From an uncultured Nannocystaceae bacterium (GTDB lineage Bacteria; Myxococcota_A; Bradymonadia; UBA7976; UBA1532): 64,000 nucleotides of DNA. A program made the position numbers and the translations under genes. The notes under the pieces are model-generated. The model was not told where the DNA came from. It made no database searches and saw only the letters and a program-made list of their open reading frames with translations. Positions 37,729 to 48,191 of the stretch are shown piece by piece (position 1 is the first letter of the stretch; every line of letters begins with the position of its first letter). Where the stretch lies: NCBI GenBank assembly GCA_964384025.1, contig CAYLJJ010000006.1:4492-68491 (forward strand). Reading direction: 5' to 3'.

Positions 37729-39009
37729 TTGATGTTGTGGCGTTCAGATTGGAGCTTAAAGTTGGAGGACCTCGCCCAGCAGGCCCTGACTTGGCACTTG
37801 GGGAGCTATGTAGAGTGGCTCTTCAGCGCTGGAGCAGAGCCTCGTTTGGCTCTGATCCTGATCTCTCAGGGAGCCAAGCAGCGCTTCTTTGGGCAGCTGG
37901 CAGAGGAGGGAGTTGAGTTGGTGCATACGCCCGCAACCCTCACTAAACCTCTTCATCCCCTGATTCAGAATCATCAGGGAGATCACTTCAACCGCCGCCT
38001 CTTTGTCGTGGATGGCTTTGAGACGGGAGAGCCGGGAGTGATCTGGGCTGCGCTGGAGCGCTCAAGAGATCAGCTGCGACGCACGGCGACTTGGGTCGCG
38101 CTCCTGATCGAGTCGCCCTCCAGTCTGGAGTCCTTTGAACAGCAGGCGCCTCAGCTTCAGAAGCTGCTCCAGTGGCGTTGCCTCGCTCTGAGCCCTGAGT
38201 TGCCTCAACACCCCGCCCTCTTGCCTGAGCATCGGCATCGCTGGCGTCGAAACCGACGCTTCGCAGAGCTTTGTTTTCACTCTGCCATGACGCGCGCTGA
38301 GCCTGCGATAGAGGATTTTGGTCGCCTTGTTAGGAGCGGCTATGCCACCTGTCTGCCTCCCTGCAAAGGGTCTTGGGGCGCGCTTCAGCGTTTCTGGGCA
38401 GGGGAGCCTGTTGAAGCTGAGGGTCCGGTGCTGGCCCGCGCCCTGGCTTTAAGGATGCCCCAGCCTGATCCCAATGAGCTGCCTCTGAGAGAAGCGCCCA
38501 GGCTTCGCGCTGAGTTGGGGATGGAGGTCCCTGAGGATCCTCAACTTCAGGCCCTCTCTCGATTGATCCGTGAGGCTCGGGGGGAGGCGGTCCCCCGCGC
38601 TGTGCTCCCAGAGGGTGATCCTGAGATACGCGCCTTAGGCGCCCTCGCGCTGGCTGCTATACGGGCTCAAGAGGGTGATCTAGAGGGCTTCTCTGAGGCT
38701 CTCTCCTCAGCTGAGGCGGCGGCTCCTGATGCAGCTCCAGAGCTGCACTTTGAGATCTTGGAGAAGAGCCTCTCTCTGGCTGCGTTTCAGGGAGATCGAA
38801 GCAGAGGACGACAGCACCTGGACAGCTTAGCGAAGCTCTGGCATCAGCTCCAGTCCCCCTACTTTCATGCACGCTTTCTCTTAGCGCGGGCGGAATGGAC
38901 CGCGCCCTTAGATCCTCAGAGAGCAGCGAGCGACTTTGAGGCCGCTGAGGGTCTCTTTAAGGCTCTGGGTTATCCAGACTGGGTAGAGCAGGTCCAGGAT
39001 AGGCGATGA
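37729..39009 (+). CDS. Hypothetical protein (helical, Ala/Leu-rich)
   Basis: ORF only. Coupled to the downstream gene by ATGA overlap. Confidence 0.4.
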   Translation: MMLWRSDWSLKLEDLAQQALTWHLGSYVEWLFSAGAEPRLALILISQGAKQRFFGQLAEEGVELVHTPATLTKPLHPLIQNHQGDHFNRRLFVVDGFETGEPGVIWAALERSRDQLRRTATWVALLIESPSSLESFEQQAPQLQKLLQWRCLALSPELPQHPALLPEHRHRWRRNRRFAELCFHSAMTRAEPAIEDFGRLVRSGYATCLPPCKGSWGALQRFWAGEPVEAEGPVLARALALRMPQPDPNELPLREAPRLRAELGMEVPEDPQLQALSRLIREARGEAVPRAVLPEGDPEIRALGALALAAIRAQEGDLEGFSEALSSAEAAAPDAAPELHFEILEKSLSLAAFQGDRSRGRQHLDSLAKLWHQLQSPYFHARFLLARAEWTAPLDPQRAASDFEAAEGLFKALGYPDWVEQVQDRR

Positions 39010-39902
39010 AGAGGGCTTTGCTGCTGCTCTCGCTTCTGCTCCTGAGCTGTTCTCGGAGCCCCAAAGGACCTCCAGAGAGAGAGGAGAAGCTGCTCAAGGT
39101 GCAGCTCACGGGGTTGAAGGTTCTGGATATGACTCCATCAGAGTACCGCCCTATCCAGATCCCTCAAGAGGCGTTAATGGAGATGCTGCTGACGCAGCTT
39201 AAACTCAGAGGCTTTACTCTTAACCCTCAAGCTTCAAAACAGCACTGGCGCCTTCAGATTGAGGCGGAGCTGAGCTATGGTATTGCCACCGACACAGGGC
39301 TCTCTAAAAAATCACAGCCAGGACGCAGCAAGGCGATCCTTAAAGCTGAGTTGCGCCTCAAAAGCCCTAAGCAGGGCGAAAATCTCAAGCTCTATCTGGA
39401 GCAAGAAGCAGAGGCGCTCTTTTCAGGCGAGGGAGCAAAGCGAGCCATTAAGGCGCGCCTTAAGGAGGTCTCTCGGAAGGGAGCAGAGGAGATCAGCGCT
39501 CTGAGCGAGGTCTATAGCCTAGAACAGGAGCCCTTCTTGGAGATCCTTCGAGAGGGTACCCCCGCTCTAAGGATGGCAGCGATAGAGCGCCTCGCGATGC
39601 TCCGTGAGCATCAGAGTGTCTCTATCTTGGTTCAAAGACTCCAAGGGGAGGAGCGTCGAGAGATCAAGTTGAGGATCATCGGCGCGTTGGCGGAGCTTGG
39701 CCAAGCAGAAGCAGCCCCAGCGCTTATCGATCAGGTCGATCCAAAAGATCGAGAGATGCTCCGAGCCCTCCTGGAGGCCCTCTCGATCATCGGAGGGGAG
39801 CGAGTGACAGATCTCTTGGAGATCCTGCAAAATCACGACAGCCCCGATGTGCGCGAGATGGTGAAGCGGGCTAGTGAGCGCTTGAAGCAGAAGCGGCGGT
39901 GA
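39006..39902 (+). CDS. HEAT-repeat lipoprotein
   Basis: LLLSCSRSP lipobox and C-terminal HEAT-like repeats PALRMAAIERLAMLREHQSV...IIGALAELG. Confidence 0.5.
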   Translation: MKRALLLLSLLLLSCSRSPKGPPEREEKLLKVQLTGLKVLDMTPSEYRPIQIPQEALMEMLLTQLKLRGFTLNPQASKQHWRLQIEAELSYGIATDTGLSKKSQPGRSKAILKAELRLKSPKQGENLKLYLEQEAEALFSGEGAKRAIKARLKEVSRKGAEEISALSEVYSLEQEPFLEILREGTPALRMAAIERLAMLREHQSVSILVQRLQGEERREIKLRIIGALAELGQAEAAPALIDQVDPKDREMLRALLEALSIIGGERVTDLLEILQNHDSPDVREMVKRASERLKQKRR

Positions 39903-40263
39903 TTTGAGGATCTGAGAGCCAAGAGCTGCAGCTGGGGATTCGAGGTGCTCGGCTATGAGCAGCCTGTGGACACAGAGACCGCGACCATCACCACGCCATC
40001 AGCGTTCATCGCTGCCATGGTTTTGGCCCGTCTAATCTCCAGGTGATCATATTCATGGAGGACGCTGATCGCGTCCTTCACAGATGAGGACTTCCCGCTC
40101 CCTCGCCGGGGATGGTGGTATACAAGCCTCCAGACTGTTCAAAGGCTCAGGAGCTATTGAGAGCAAGATCGAACACTCATCGCATCGAAACATGATCAAA
40201 GCTTTGAAGCTCGCTCGAGGCTGGATCTTTCCTTCCCAGCTGCATCCCGTTATCTTGAGCGCC

Positions 40264-40674
40264 ATGAGAACTCTGCTCCTTCTGCTCCTCTGGAGCGCGG
40301 CTCTGAGTGCCCAGGCCAAGGGGAAGACCCCTAAGGTGCTGGAGGCCCCCCAAGGCCAGCTCAACCGCGCTGCCTTTTCCCAGGTCCTCAAAGCAGGCCC
40401 TCAACGCTTTATCGCCAGCCTACGGGTAGATGCTCACCTAAAGGAGGGCCGCTTTGTCGGCTTTCGACTTCTTCAATTTCTGCCCAACTCCAGCTTGATC
40501 AATAACGGGGCTGTACGCCCTGGGGATGTGATCCTCTCAGTGAACAAAGAGCGACTGGAGCGCCCAGATCAGTTTATGCGCATCTGGGAAAAGCTCGAGG
40601 AGGCTCAACAGCTGGAGGTTCTCCTTCTGAGAGGGACACAGCGACACCGCTATCGCTGGATCATCGAGCCTTGA
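40264..40674 (+). CDS. Small secreted PDZ-like protein (GspC-like)
   Basis: Signal peptide MRTLLLLLLWSAALSAQA and GAVRPGDVILSVNKERL PDZ-like segment. Confidence 0.4.
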   Translation: MRTLLLLLLWSAALSAQAKGKTPKVLEAPQGQLNRAAFSQVLKAGPQRFIASLRVDAHLKEGRFVGFRLLQFLPNSSLINNGAVRPGDVILSVNKERLERPDQFMRIWEKLEEAQQLEVLLLRGTQRHRYRWIIEP

Positions 40675-41228
40675 GGCTCCTCTCAGCAGCTCTCGCGGTG
40701 CAACTGATTCTCTTCCAAGCTGAAACCCTCGATCTGATGGCGCTGCCGGTGGTGCTTTTGGGGATCTATGCTTACCGACAACGCTGGGCTTTGGGGCTCT
40801 TGCTGGGCCTGCCGCTGCTCTGGTTCCCTCAACTCCTCGCTGGAGAGCCCCCCGCGCTGCCACTGCTGATCAGCCTCCTCTCCTATCTGATACTCGCCGC
40901 TCAGTTCCTGAGTCCGACCGAAACTCAGATCGACTGGGAGCAGGCACGACCAGCAACTCTTGAGCCTCTGCCCTGGCTGGCGGGACTCCTGGTGCTGGCG
41001 GGGAGTTTGGGGGTTCTGGCTTGGTCACCGATCCAGGAGGCGCTCAATTGGGGTTTTCCTGAGCAGCGCTCCAACGCTGCGATCTTCCTGATCCTGCTCT
41101 CAGCGCTCCTGGGACTTTGGGCGGTCTGGGGGCTCGCATACCGTCGTCCTCGGCGAGGGAGCTGGCTGCGTTTAAGCCTCTTGAGTCTCCTGGGGCTTCT
41201 CTTCTTGGGTGGAGGTTGGCTGTGTTGA
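40671..41228 (+). CDS. Polytopic membrane protein
   Basis: Four or five hydrophobic helices. ATGA overlap with the upstream gene. Confidence 0.4.
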   Translation: MRLLSAALAVQLILFQAETLDLMALPVVLLGIYAYRQRWALGLLLGLPLLWFPQLLAGEPPALPLLISLLSYLILAAQFLSPTETQIDWEQARPATLEPLPWLAGLLVLAGSLGVLAWSPIQEALNWGFPEQRSNAAIFLILLSALLGLWAVWGLAYRRPRRGSWLRLSLLSLLGLLFLGGGWLC

Positions 41229-41391
41229 TGAAGGGCCTGGGAATCTTGGCCCTCCTGGGCACGATCCCCCCTCTCTGGTTCGCTTTGAGGGCCCTAGGCG
41301 GGCGAGAGTATGTCACCGCTGCTCTCTCCCTCTTAGCGGTCTTTCTACTTGGACAGATGGGCCTAGAGTTGCTGGCCCTATATAGAAAGGA

Positions 41392-42303
41392 GTGAGCATG
41401 AACGCCCTGCTCTTCCTCTCCCTTTGGCCCTTTGCTCAAGAGCTACCCGATGATCAGATCGTGGCCCGTGCTCAGGGTCCCACAGGGGAGATTCAGATCA
41501 GCGCTGCGCGCCTCAGGAGCTATGCTCTGCAACACCCTCAGGAATCTCCGCGTAAGTTGGCTCAAGACCTCTTGGACTTTGAGCTGTTGGCGGCTGAGGC
41601 TAAGCAGAGCCTTAAGGAGGAGAAGGAGCTGCTCTGGATCGAGAGTCTGCCCATCCTCGCACGCCTCTACCTCAAGAAGTTCTTTGAGTTGCATTGGAAC
41701 AAAGCAGCCATCTCTCAGGAGGACTTGCGTAAGAGCTACCAACACAACATCCGTCTCTTTCGCCACCCTGATTTGAGGAAGGCGGATCACTTTCTGATCA
41801 CCTTGGATGACAAATTCCCTCCAGACCATCTGGAGGAGAAGGCTGAGGCTCTGGCTAAAGAGATCCGTGCGGCGCTGTTGGCTGCTCCTCCAAAAGATGC
41901 TGCAGAGTTCTTGGAGAGGGCCGCTGAGTTTCGAGAGAGGGTCGCTGCGACAGGCTTAACCTTGAAGGTTCAGCCGCTGGGATATTTCTCTCGCAAAGGC
42001 AACTATGTAGAGCCCTTTAAGGAGGCTTGCTTCACGATCACGACACCGGGTCAGCTCAGCCCTGTCTTTAGCACCCGCTTTGGTTTTCATGTTGCCCGTG
42101 TTGATGTGGTCAAGCCTGCCATCGATAGAAAGTTTGAGGAGGTAGAGGCGGAGCTTCGAGATAAGCTGCTCCCTGGGGTAAGAACTCGAGAGTTACACAA
42201 ACTCTTAACACAGCTCTCAGAATTGCATACCTGGAGCAATGAAGCTCCCCTAGAGGCTCTTGAACTACGACGCGGAACAGAGGCGATCCATAATGAGCCT
42301 TAA
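41392..42303 (+). CDS. Parvulin-type peptidyl-prolyl cis-trans isomerase (SurA/PrsA-like)
   Basis: Signal peptide. PpiC domain GYFSRKGNYVEPFKEACF...FSTRFGFHVARV. Confidence 0.7.
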   Translation: MSMNALLFLSLWPFAQELPDDQIVARAQGPTGEIQISAARLRSYALQHPQESPRKLAQDLLDFELLAAEAKQSLKEEKELLWIESLPILARLYLKKFFELHWNKAAISQEDLRKSYQHNIRLFRHPDLRKADHFLITLDDKFPPDHLEEKAEALAKEIRAALLAAPPKDAAEFLERAAEFRERVAATGLTLKVQPLGYFSRKGNYVEPFKEACFTITTPGQLSPVFSTRFGFHVARVDVVKPAIDRKFEEVEAELRDKLLPGVRTRELHKLLTQLSELHTWSNEAPLEALELRRGTEAIHNEP

Positions 42304-42439
42304 GGAGTCATCTTTCTGTTCTTAAAAAGAAAAGCGCCGCCTGGAGTGGGCAGGTACTCCAGACGGCAACCCGCCGGTAGGGTGGCGGGCCTGGCTACCT
42401 GGGCAGGGAAGGCAACCAGGGGGTCAGTGTAGCTGATTT

Positions 42440-43156
42440 TTGAGCCCAGTCAAGGTTCTTTTTTCCCCAAAAGCTCGGAAAACATCCCTTGGTTTCAAGA
42501 GAAAATTTATCGATCATCTAAGCATGGATGAGAAAAACAATCTGCGCTTTGTCGAGAGAGTGCGGCTGGAGAAAACCGGGAAAAAGAGCGGCAAAGCCCT
42601 CTGTGATCCTGAGACCTTGAGTCGCTTGATGAGGGAGGGGGATCTGGAGGCCCTCGATCGTCTAAGCCGCTGCTATGGACAGCGTCTCCTCCACGTGGGC
42701 CGACATCGGTGTGGAGATGAACACCGTGCTCAAGATGCGGTCCAAGATGCTCTGCTCTCGGCAGGAACACATCTCCAAGACTTTCGCGGAGAAGGGAGCA
42801 TCGAGGGCTGGTTGATGCGCATGGTCACCAACGCCTGCCATCGTATGCGTCGAGGGCGCAAGAATGATCCTCAGCTTCACTCAGATCTGGATATGGAGAT
42901 GGCCGAGGAGGAGCCGTCCAGCCCTGAAGAGAAGGCTCTGCGTCTTCAGATGGCTGAGAAGCTGGCAGAGGCTCTTGAGAAGCTCTCTCCCCTGGATCGC
43001 AGCCTCTTGTTGCTGGCTGAGAGTCAGGATTGGAGAGGGCCGGAGCTGGCTCAAGAGCTGAATATGACCCCTGCCGCGATACGCACTCGCCTCAGCCGCA
43101 TTCGTCGTCGGATGCGTGATCGCCTGGGACCCCTCTGGGCGGAGTTCTCGGCCTGA
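42440..43156 (+). CDS. ECF-family RNA polymerase sigma factor
   Basis: Region 2 QDALLSAGTHLQDFRGEGSIEGWLMRMVTNA. Region 4 ELAQELNMTPAAIRTRLSRIRRRMRD. Start may instead be at Met 42524. Confidence 0.8.
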   Translation: MSPVKVLFSPKARKTSLGFKRKFIDHLSMDEKNNLRFVERVRLEKTGKKSGKALCDPETLSRLMREGDLEALDRLSRCYGQRLLHVGRHRCGDEHRAQDAVQDALLSAGTHLQDFRGEGSIEGWLMRMVTNACHRMRRGRKNDPQLHSDLDMEMAEEEPSSPEEKALRLQMAEKLAEALEKLSPLDRSLLLLAESQDWRGPELAQELNMTPAAIRTRLSRIRRRMRDRLGPLWAEFSA

Positions 43157-43158
43157 AA

Positions 43159-43941
43159 TCAGCGCTGAGCCAAGCTCTCTGATTCAAGCTTTGGGCGGGC
43201 CGCTACCAGCTCATCAAGGCGAGCAGACATCTTCTGAATCAGCTTCTCAGAGGCGGCCACTAAGAGCTTCTCTTTGAGTCGACGACTCTTGCGCTCCTGA
43301 TGCCAGATATTGGAGTCCAAGGCCCCTTGAGTTCTTTCAAAGATGGTGAAGAGCAGAGTCCCTGTCTTGACATCAAAGAGCGTCGCCTCCAAGACCCCAA
43401 CGCTCTCCAAGGTGCTGGCTGGAGCGAAGAACCAACCCAAGATGGTCGGGTAGGTCCAGCCCCAAGCGTTGAGGAAGCTGCGATCAACAAAGCGCTGCCG
43501 ATAGAGCAGGAGGTACTCTGCGCGATAACGCGCGGCGATCTCTCGAAGGCCAGAGACGCTGCGACCTCCTGGCCAACCGGTGGTAACCTCACTGGCGATC
43601 TTAAAGTAGCCGCTCTGGCTGAGCTTGAGGCTAAGGGCACCGGTGATCTCCTCTAGGGGGAGTTGATGATCAAGCTCATAGCCTTCCACCACAGGGACCA
43701 CTCCGATCCGTGCCCCTCGCTCCAGATAGACTGGAGCTGCGAGGATCTCGCGCATCGCCGCCTCATTGAGACCCTGTATACGATCCCTCTTGAAGTGATT
43801 TTGAAGTTTGGGGGTTTGGGGCCTCCTCTGGGCGCTGGGTGCCTGTGATTGGATTGTGGGGCGTGAAGCCCCTCCACAGGCGCTCAAGATCAAGAGCATG
43901 GAGAGCTTGAGCAGGAGCCCTGGGTTTTGAGTAGACAACAT
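43159..43941 (-). CDS. Hypothetical lipoprotein
   Basis: LLILSACGG lipobox. Confidence 0.45.
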   Translation of the reverse strand: MLSTQNPGLLLKLSMLLILSACGGASRPTIQSQAPSAQRRPQTPKLQNHFKRDRIQGLNEAAMREILAAPVYLERGARIGVVPVVEGYELDHQLPLEEITGALSLKLSQSGYFKIASEVTTGWPGGRSVSGLREIAARYRAEYLLLYRQRFVDRSFLNAWGWTYPTILGWFFAPASTLESVGVLEATLFDVKTGTLLFTIFERTQGALDSNIWHQERKSRRLKEKLLVAASEKLIQKMSARLDELVAARPKLESESLAQR

Positions 43942-44086
43942 TGGAGATCCCCCTTTCCTCTAAAGTCAGCTTGCCAGAGCTCTAAGAGGGATGCATTGAG
44001 GTCTTATCATGCCTCTGTCATGCTTTCATCACGAAGCGCAGGGTGGCGGTTGAAGATGAGGCAGAGTCAGAGTAGAGAAGGGTTCT

Positions 44087-45319
44087 ATGTCACGCCTGTT
44101 TCTCTCTCTCTTGCCCCTCTGGCTCTCCAGCGCTCAAGCGCAACCTGAGAGCCTCGTCGATCACCTCTCTGAGCGGGCGCAGAGCAGCTTGAGCGCTCCT
44201 CCTGATCCGCCCAAATTTCGCCCTCTCTTGCCTCTTAAAGAGGATGGAAAGATTCGCCTTCTGGGAGCACGGATGCTGGCGCCTCTTGAGGGAGACCTAG
44301 AGCAGATCGAGATCGCGGTGGAGATGAAAGCTGAGGGACCCAGGCTGCTTTTGGTTGACTCAGGGCTGGTTTTCCGGGGAGCTTCAGCGGATTATTTGCC
44401 TGTCCCCAACCAGAGCTTCGTCATCGAGAGCGAACACCAAATCCTAAAGCTTGAAGCCCTTCCCTTAAAGCCTCTTCAGGCTCGCCCCACCCCCGGCAGC
44501 CTCCTCAAGGTGTTGCGCTCTAACGATCCAGGTGTCCTCTCAATCCTGAGGGTTATCCAGCACATCGAGTCCCAAGATGTTCACCGTCTCAAGCGCTATC
44601 TCAAGGAGGAAGCGGGCATTTTCAAACCCGACACCCCTCTCCATAATCGAGATGTCTCCCTGCTGCGGTGGATCTCTTGGCAACACAACAGCGTTGGGGT
44701 TTTAAAGGCTCGCCTTGATCGAGATCCCATCCGCTTTGCCCTCTTTGCAGTCACAGCCAACTACACCATCCGAGAGACCGCTGACTGGCTGCGCCTCAAG
44801 AGGGGGATGAAGATGGAGGCCGCTGTTGAGGCTGCTCAGCGCCTCTCCATCTGTATCAGTTATCTGTTAGAGCGGGCTCGCCTGAACTATCGCGTCTTCA
44901 GCCCAGAGTATGCTGATTATCATTTTAACCGTGGTGTTCAAGCCTATAGAAGAGGTGCTTTAGAGGAAGCGCGAGAGGCTTTCGAGGAGGCTCTCAAACG
45001 CAACCCTGATCTGGTTGAGGCACGCTATAATGTTGGGGTCACTCAGTATCGCGCGGGGCTCTATAAGAAGGCTGCTTCTGCATTCCTCCTGGCTGCAGGC
45101 CAAGAACGAACCTTTGCTGATCTTCATTACAACCGTGCCGCGACCCTGTATCGCATTGGAAAAAAGCTGAACGCAGCTCGCTCCTTCCGTAGGGTCCTCA
45201 AACAAAATCCTCGTGATAAAGAGGCTCAGCGCTGGTTGAAGCAAGCTGATCCAGAGGGCAAGACTGCTCCAAAAAAGCCCAAAAAGCGCCGCAAGAGACG
45301 CAGAGGAAAGAGGAGATGA
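44087..45319 (+). CDS. Secreted TPR-repeat protein with Lys/Arg-rich C-terminal tail
   Basis: Signal peptide, TPR units (AYRRGALEEAREAFEEALKRNPD...), terminal KKPKKRRKRRRGKRR. Confidence 0.6.
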   Translation: MSRLFLSLLPLWLSSAQAQPESLVDHLSERAQSSLSAPPDPPKFRPLLPLKEDGKIRLLGARMLAPLEGDLEQIEIAVEMKAEGPRLLLVDSGLVFRGASADYLPVPNQSFVIESEHQILKLEALPLKPLQARPTPGSLLKVLRSNDPGVLSILRVIQHIESQDVHRLKRYLKEEAGIFKPDTPLHNRDVSLLRWISWQHNSVGVLKARLDRDPIRFALFAVTANYTIRETADWLRLKRGMKMEAAVEAAQRLSICISYLLERARLNYRVFSPEYADYHFNRGVQAYRRGALEEAREAFEEALKRNPDLVEARYNVGVTQYRAGLYKKAASAFLLAAGQERTFADLHYNRAATLYRIGKKLNAARSFRRVLKQNPRDKEAQRWLKQADPEGKTAPKKPKKRRKRRRGKRR

Positions 45320-45551
45320 GATCGCTGCTTTTTGTGCTGTTGATGTCGCTCTTGAGCTGTGGGGGCGATCCTGTGGTGCCAGTCAAATTCCTGGCTCCTC
45401 CCCTCCTCATCGGCCCCAAGGCCAGTCCTGAGGAGGTCTCTGGAGAGTTGCCTGCGCTGCGACCCATCCGAGGTTCCCGCGCCTTGGTCCCTGAGAAGCT
45501 CGTCCCCCCCGCTCCTCCTCCCGATCCGATCCCCGATTTTAAACGTCAGCC

Positions 45552-46151
45552 TTAGAACTCTCCAAAGAGGCTGTTTAGAGGAACCCTCAGGGCAACAGCG
45601 ATCTTATAAAGGCTGCTCACGCTGGCGCTGGATTCAGCGCGCTCGATCTGGCTGAGGAGGCTGACTGAGAGGCTGGTCCGCCGAGAGAGCTGCTTGAGGG
45701 TCAGACCGCCGCCCTTGCGCAGCTGCCGGATGGTCTGTCCAATCGCTTTATGAAGCTTCTCTTCTGGATCCATCAAGAGGCCCTTTTTACGGAGAACATC
45801 AGTGATGCTCTGCCGGAAGTCATCCAGGTCAAAGGGCTTCTTGATGTAATCAGAGATGTTCAGTTTGAGCGCATCTACTGCTGTCTCTACCGAGGGGTAG
45901 CCGGTGAAGATCATGATGGCGATGTCATTGTCCATCTTGCGAATCTGCCGGATCAGCTCAATGCCGTCGATCTTAGGCATCATCAGGTCGATGATCAGGA
46001 GATGGTACTCTTCTTTGCGGATCTCAGAGATGGCCTGGCTTGGATCTGAGAGGGTTGTAACAGAGTAGCCAGTGGCCTCCAGCATGGTCTTCATATATTC
46101 GCAGATGTCTTGATCGTCATCAATGATCAGAATATTGATATAGATCGCCAT
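45552..46151 (-). CDS. Response regulator: receiver domain fused to an XRE-type HTH
   Basis: ILIIDDDQD...LLIIDLMMPKIDG...IMIFTGY, C-terminal LTLKQLSRRTSLSVSLLSQIERAE. Confidence 0.7.
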   Translation of the reverse strand: MAIYINILIIDDDQDICEYMKTMLEATGYSVTTLSDPSQAISEIRKEEYHLLIIDLMMPKIDGIELIRQIRKMDNDIAIMIFTGYPSVETAVDALKLNISDYIKKPFDLDDFRQSITDVLRKKGLLMDPEEKLHKAIGQTIRQLRKGGGLTLKQLSRRTSLSVSLLSQIERAESSASVSSLYKIAVALRVPLNSLFGEF

Positions 46152-46289
46152 TTCTTCCTCTTCTTCTTTGGTTCCTATCAGATTTTCATAGGTATATAAA
46201 AAAAGGTCAAGAGACTCCAGATGCTCTTTCAGAACTCAACGCAGACTTATATTCCTGAGTTTGAAAGATCCCAGGCTCAGCGACTCAAC

Positions 46290-47624
46290 TCAACCTTCTC
46301 TTTCATGTAGGTTTCTAAAGTGGGTCCACTCACGAAAGAACCTGAGTCGAACGGTCCCGATGGGTCCATTTCTCTGTTTGGCTATGATGACCTCAGCGAT
46401 ATTCTTCTCTTCTGTCTCTGAATTGTACACCTCATCTCGATATACAAACATGATCACATCGGCGTCCTGCTCGATTGCTCCAGATTCTCGCAGATCTGAC
46501 ATCATCGGGCGCTTGTCACTGCGGCTCTCCAAGCTACGGTTAAGCTGAGAGAGCGCGATCACAGGGAGGTTAAGCTCCTTGGCGAGGGCCTTGAGGTTAC
46601 GACTGATCTCGCTGATCTCCTGCTCGCGGCTTCGAACATTACCGCTCCCACGCATCAATTGAAGATAGTCGATGATGATCAGCCCCAAGGGAGGGATATT
46701 CTTGTCTGTGGCGAGGCGGCGGCACTTGGCCCTCAACTCCATAGAGCTGATCCCAGCAGTGTCGTCCATAAAGATAGGCCAAGGCTTCATCACCTTACTG
46801 GTTTGAAGAATCCGACCGATCTCCTCTATAGAAACCTGCCCTGTCCTCATCCGCTCCCCTCCGATCTGAGCCTCTGTGCCCAACATCCTTGAGGCCAACT
46901 GAACCGTGGGCATCTCCAAACTAAAGAAAGCCACGCTGCGACCACTCTGGGTCGCTCCGTTGGTGGCGAGATTGAGAGCCAAGGCGGTCTTTCCCATAGA
47001 GGGGCGCGCAGCCAAGATGATCAGATCACCCGGCTGAAAGCCTGCGGTCATATCGTCCAGATCGTAATAGCCGCTGGGTATCCCGGTGATCGCCGATTTG
47101 GCTTCATAGGCAGCTTGAACCTTGTCTACAACCTCCTTGAGAGCCGCTGCCATATTTGTGAACTGTTTGCCCTGCCGTCGCTCACTGATCTCATAGACAG
47201 CCTGTTGAGCTTCATCAAAGAGCCGTGTGCTGTCCTCATAATCCCCCCCATGAGCCTTGCTGATGATATTCTGGCAGGCGTCGATCAGGCGTCGCACCTC
47301 AGCCGCATCCTGAATCAACTTGGCGTGGTGCTCGATGTTGACCGTGCTCGCGGTCGAGCCTGCAAGAGCGAGGAGGTAATCTATCCCTCCCAACTCTCTC
47401 AGCTCTCCCTTATGCGCTAAAGCGGAGGCCATCGTTATTGGATCGATAGGGAGGCTCTCCTCCGCTAAGCGCAGCATAGAGGCATAAACGCATTGGTGCC
47501 GGGGAGCATAAAAATCCTCAGCTTTGATGAGGACGGCGACCTGTTCAATGACCACATTGTCCAGGAAGATCCCTCCCAATACGGAGCGCTCCGCTTCCTG
47601 CGCTTCGAGGTGTTGAGCGTTCAA
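46290..47624 (-). CDS. dnaB: Replicative DNA helicase DnaB
   Basis: GDLIILAARPSMGKTALALN (Walker A), IIIDYLQLM, FFSLEMP. Confidence 0.9.
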   Translation of the reverse strand: MNAQHLEAQEAERSVLGGIFLDNVVIEQVAVLIKAEDFYAPRHQCVYASMLRLAEESLPIDPITMASALAHKGELRELGGIDYLLALAGSTASTVNIEHHAKLIQDAAEVRRLIDACQNIISKAHGGDYEDSTRLFDEAQQAVYEISERRQGKQFTNMAAALKEVVDKVQAAYEAKSAITGIPSGYYDLDDMTAGFQPGDLIILAARPSMGKTALALNLATNGATQSGRSVAFFSLEMPTVQLASRMLGTEAQIGGERMRTGQVSIEEIGRILQTSKVMKPWPIFMDDTAGISSMELRAKCRRLATDKNIPPLGLIIIDYLQLMRGSGNVRSREQEISEISRNLKALAKELNLPVIALSQLNRSLESRSDKRPMMSDLRESGAIEQDADVIMFVYRDEVYNSETEEKNIAEVIIAKQRNGPIGTVRLRFFREWTHFRNLHEREG

Positions 47625-47728
47625 GGCGAACTCTACTCTTATTTTTTATAGAAGTTGTGCAGGATGGAGCCCTTTGAAGAGGGCGTCAAGCGCTCCTTGA
47701 GGATCGGAGGGCTCGCTCAAAGATCTCT

Positions 47729-48181
47729 TTAGGCTTCTACCTTAGGGAAGACCTGAACTCGGATCTCAGCCACAACATCACGGTGCAGCTTGATGGAAAC
47801 CTTATGCTCGCCGAGGGACTTAATCGGCTCCTCAAGGTGGATCTTTCGGCGGTTGATCTCATAGCCCTTCTCTCGAAGAAGCGCCTCGATCTCCATAGAG
47901 GTCACCGAGCCAAAGAGCTTCTCGTTCTCGCCAGCGGCCTTCTCCACCTGGAGAATCACCTTGTTCAGACGAGCCCTAACACCTTCAGCACCTGTGCGCT
48001 GTTTGGCGATCCGCGCCTCAACCCGACGCAGCTCATGCTGCATCCGGCGCACCTGACGCTCATCAGCCTGTACAGCGAGGCCCTTGGGCAAGAGATAGTT
48101 GCGGGCATAGCCCGGCTTGACATTGACAACATCGCCCACCTCACCGAGGTGAGCTACATCCTCCTGAAGGATGATCTGCAT
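47729..48181 (-). CDS. rplI: 50S ribosomal protein L9
   Basis: MQIILQEDVAHLGEVGDVVNVKPGYARNYLLPKGLA. Confidence 0.9.
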   Translation of the reverse strand: MQIILQEDVAHLGEVGDVVNVKPGYARNYLLPKGLAVQADERQVRRMQHELRRVEARIAKQRTGAEGVRARLNKVILQVEKAAGENEKLFGSVTSMEIEALLREKGYEINRRKIHLEEPIKSLGEHKVSIKLHRDVVAEIRVQVFPKVEA

Positions 48182-48191
48182 GATCTGCTCC

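Noticed and set aside
42304-42460. SRP (4.5S) RNA, because of GGAAGG and GUGUAGCUG-like strings resembling helix 8 flanks
   Set aside because: The region cannot fold into the single long hairpin with a GNRA-capped helix 8 that defines 4.5S RNA. It forms three independent short hairpins instead.
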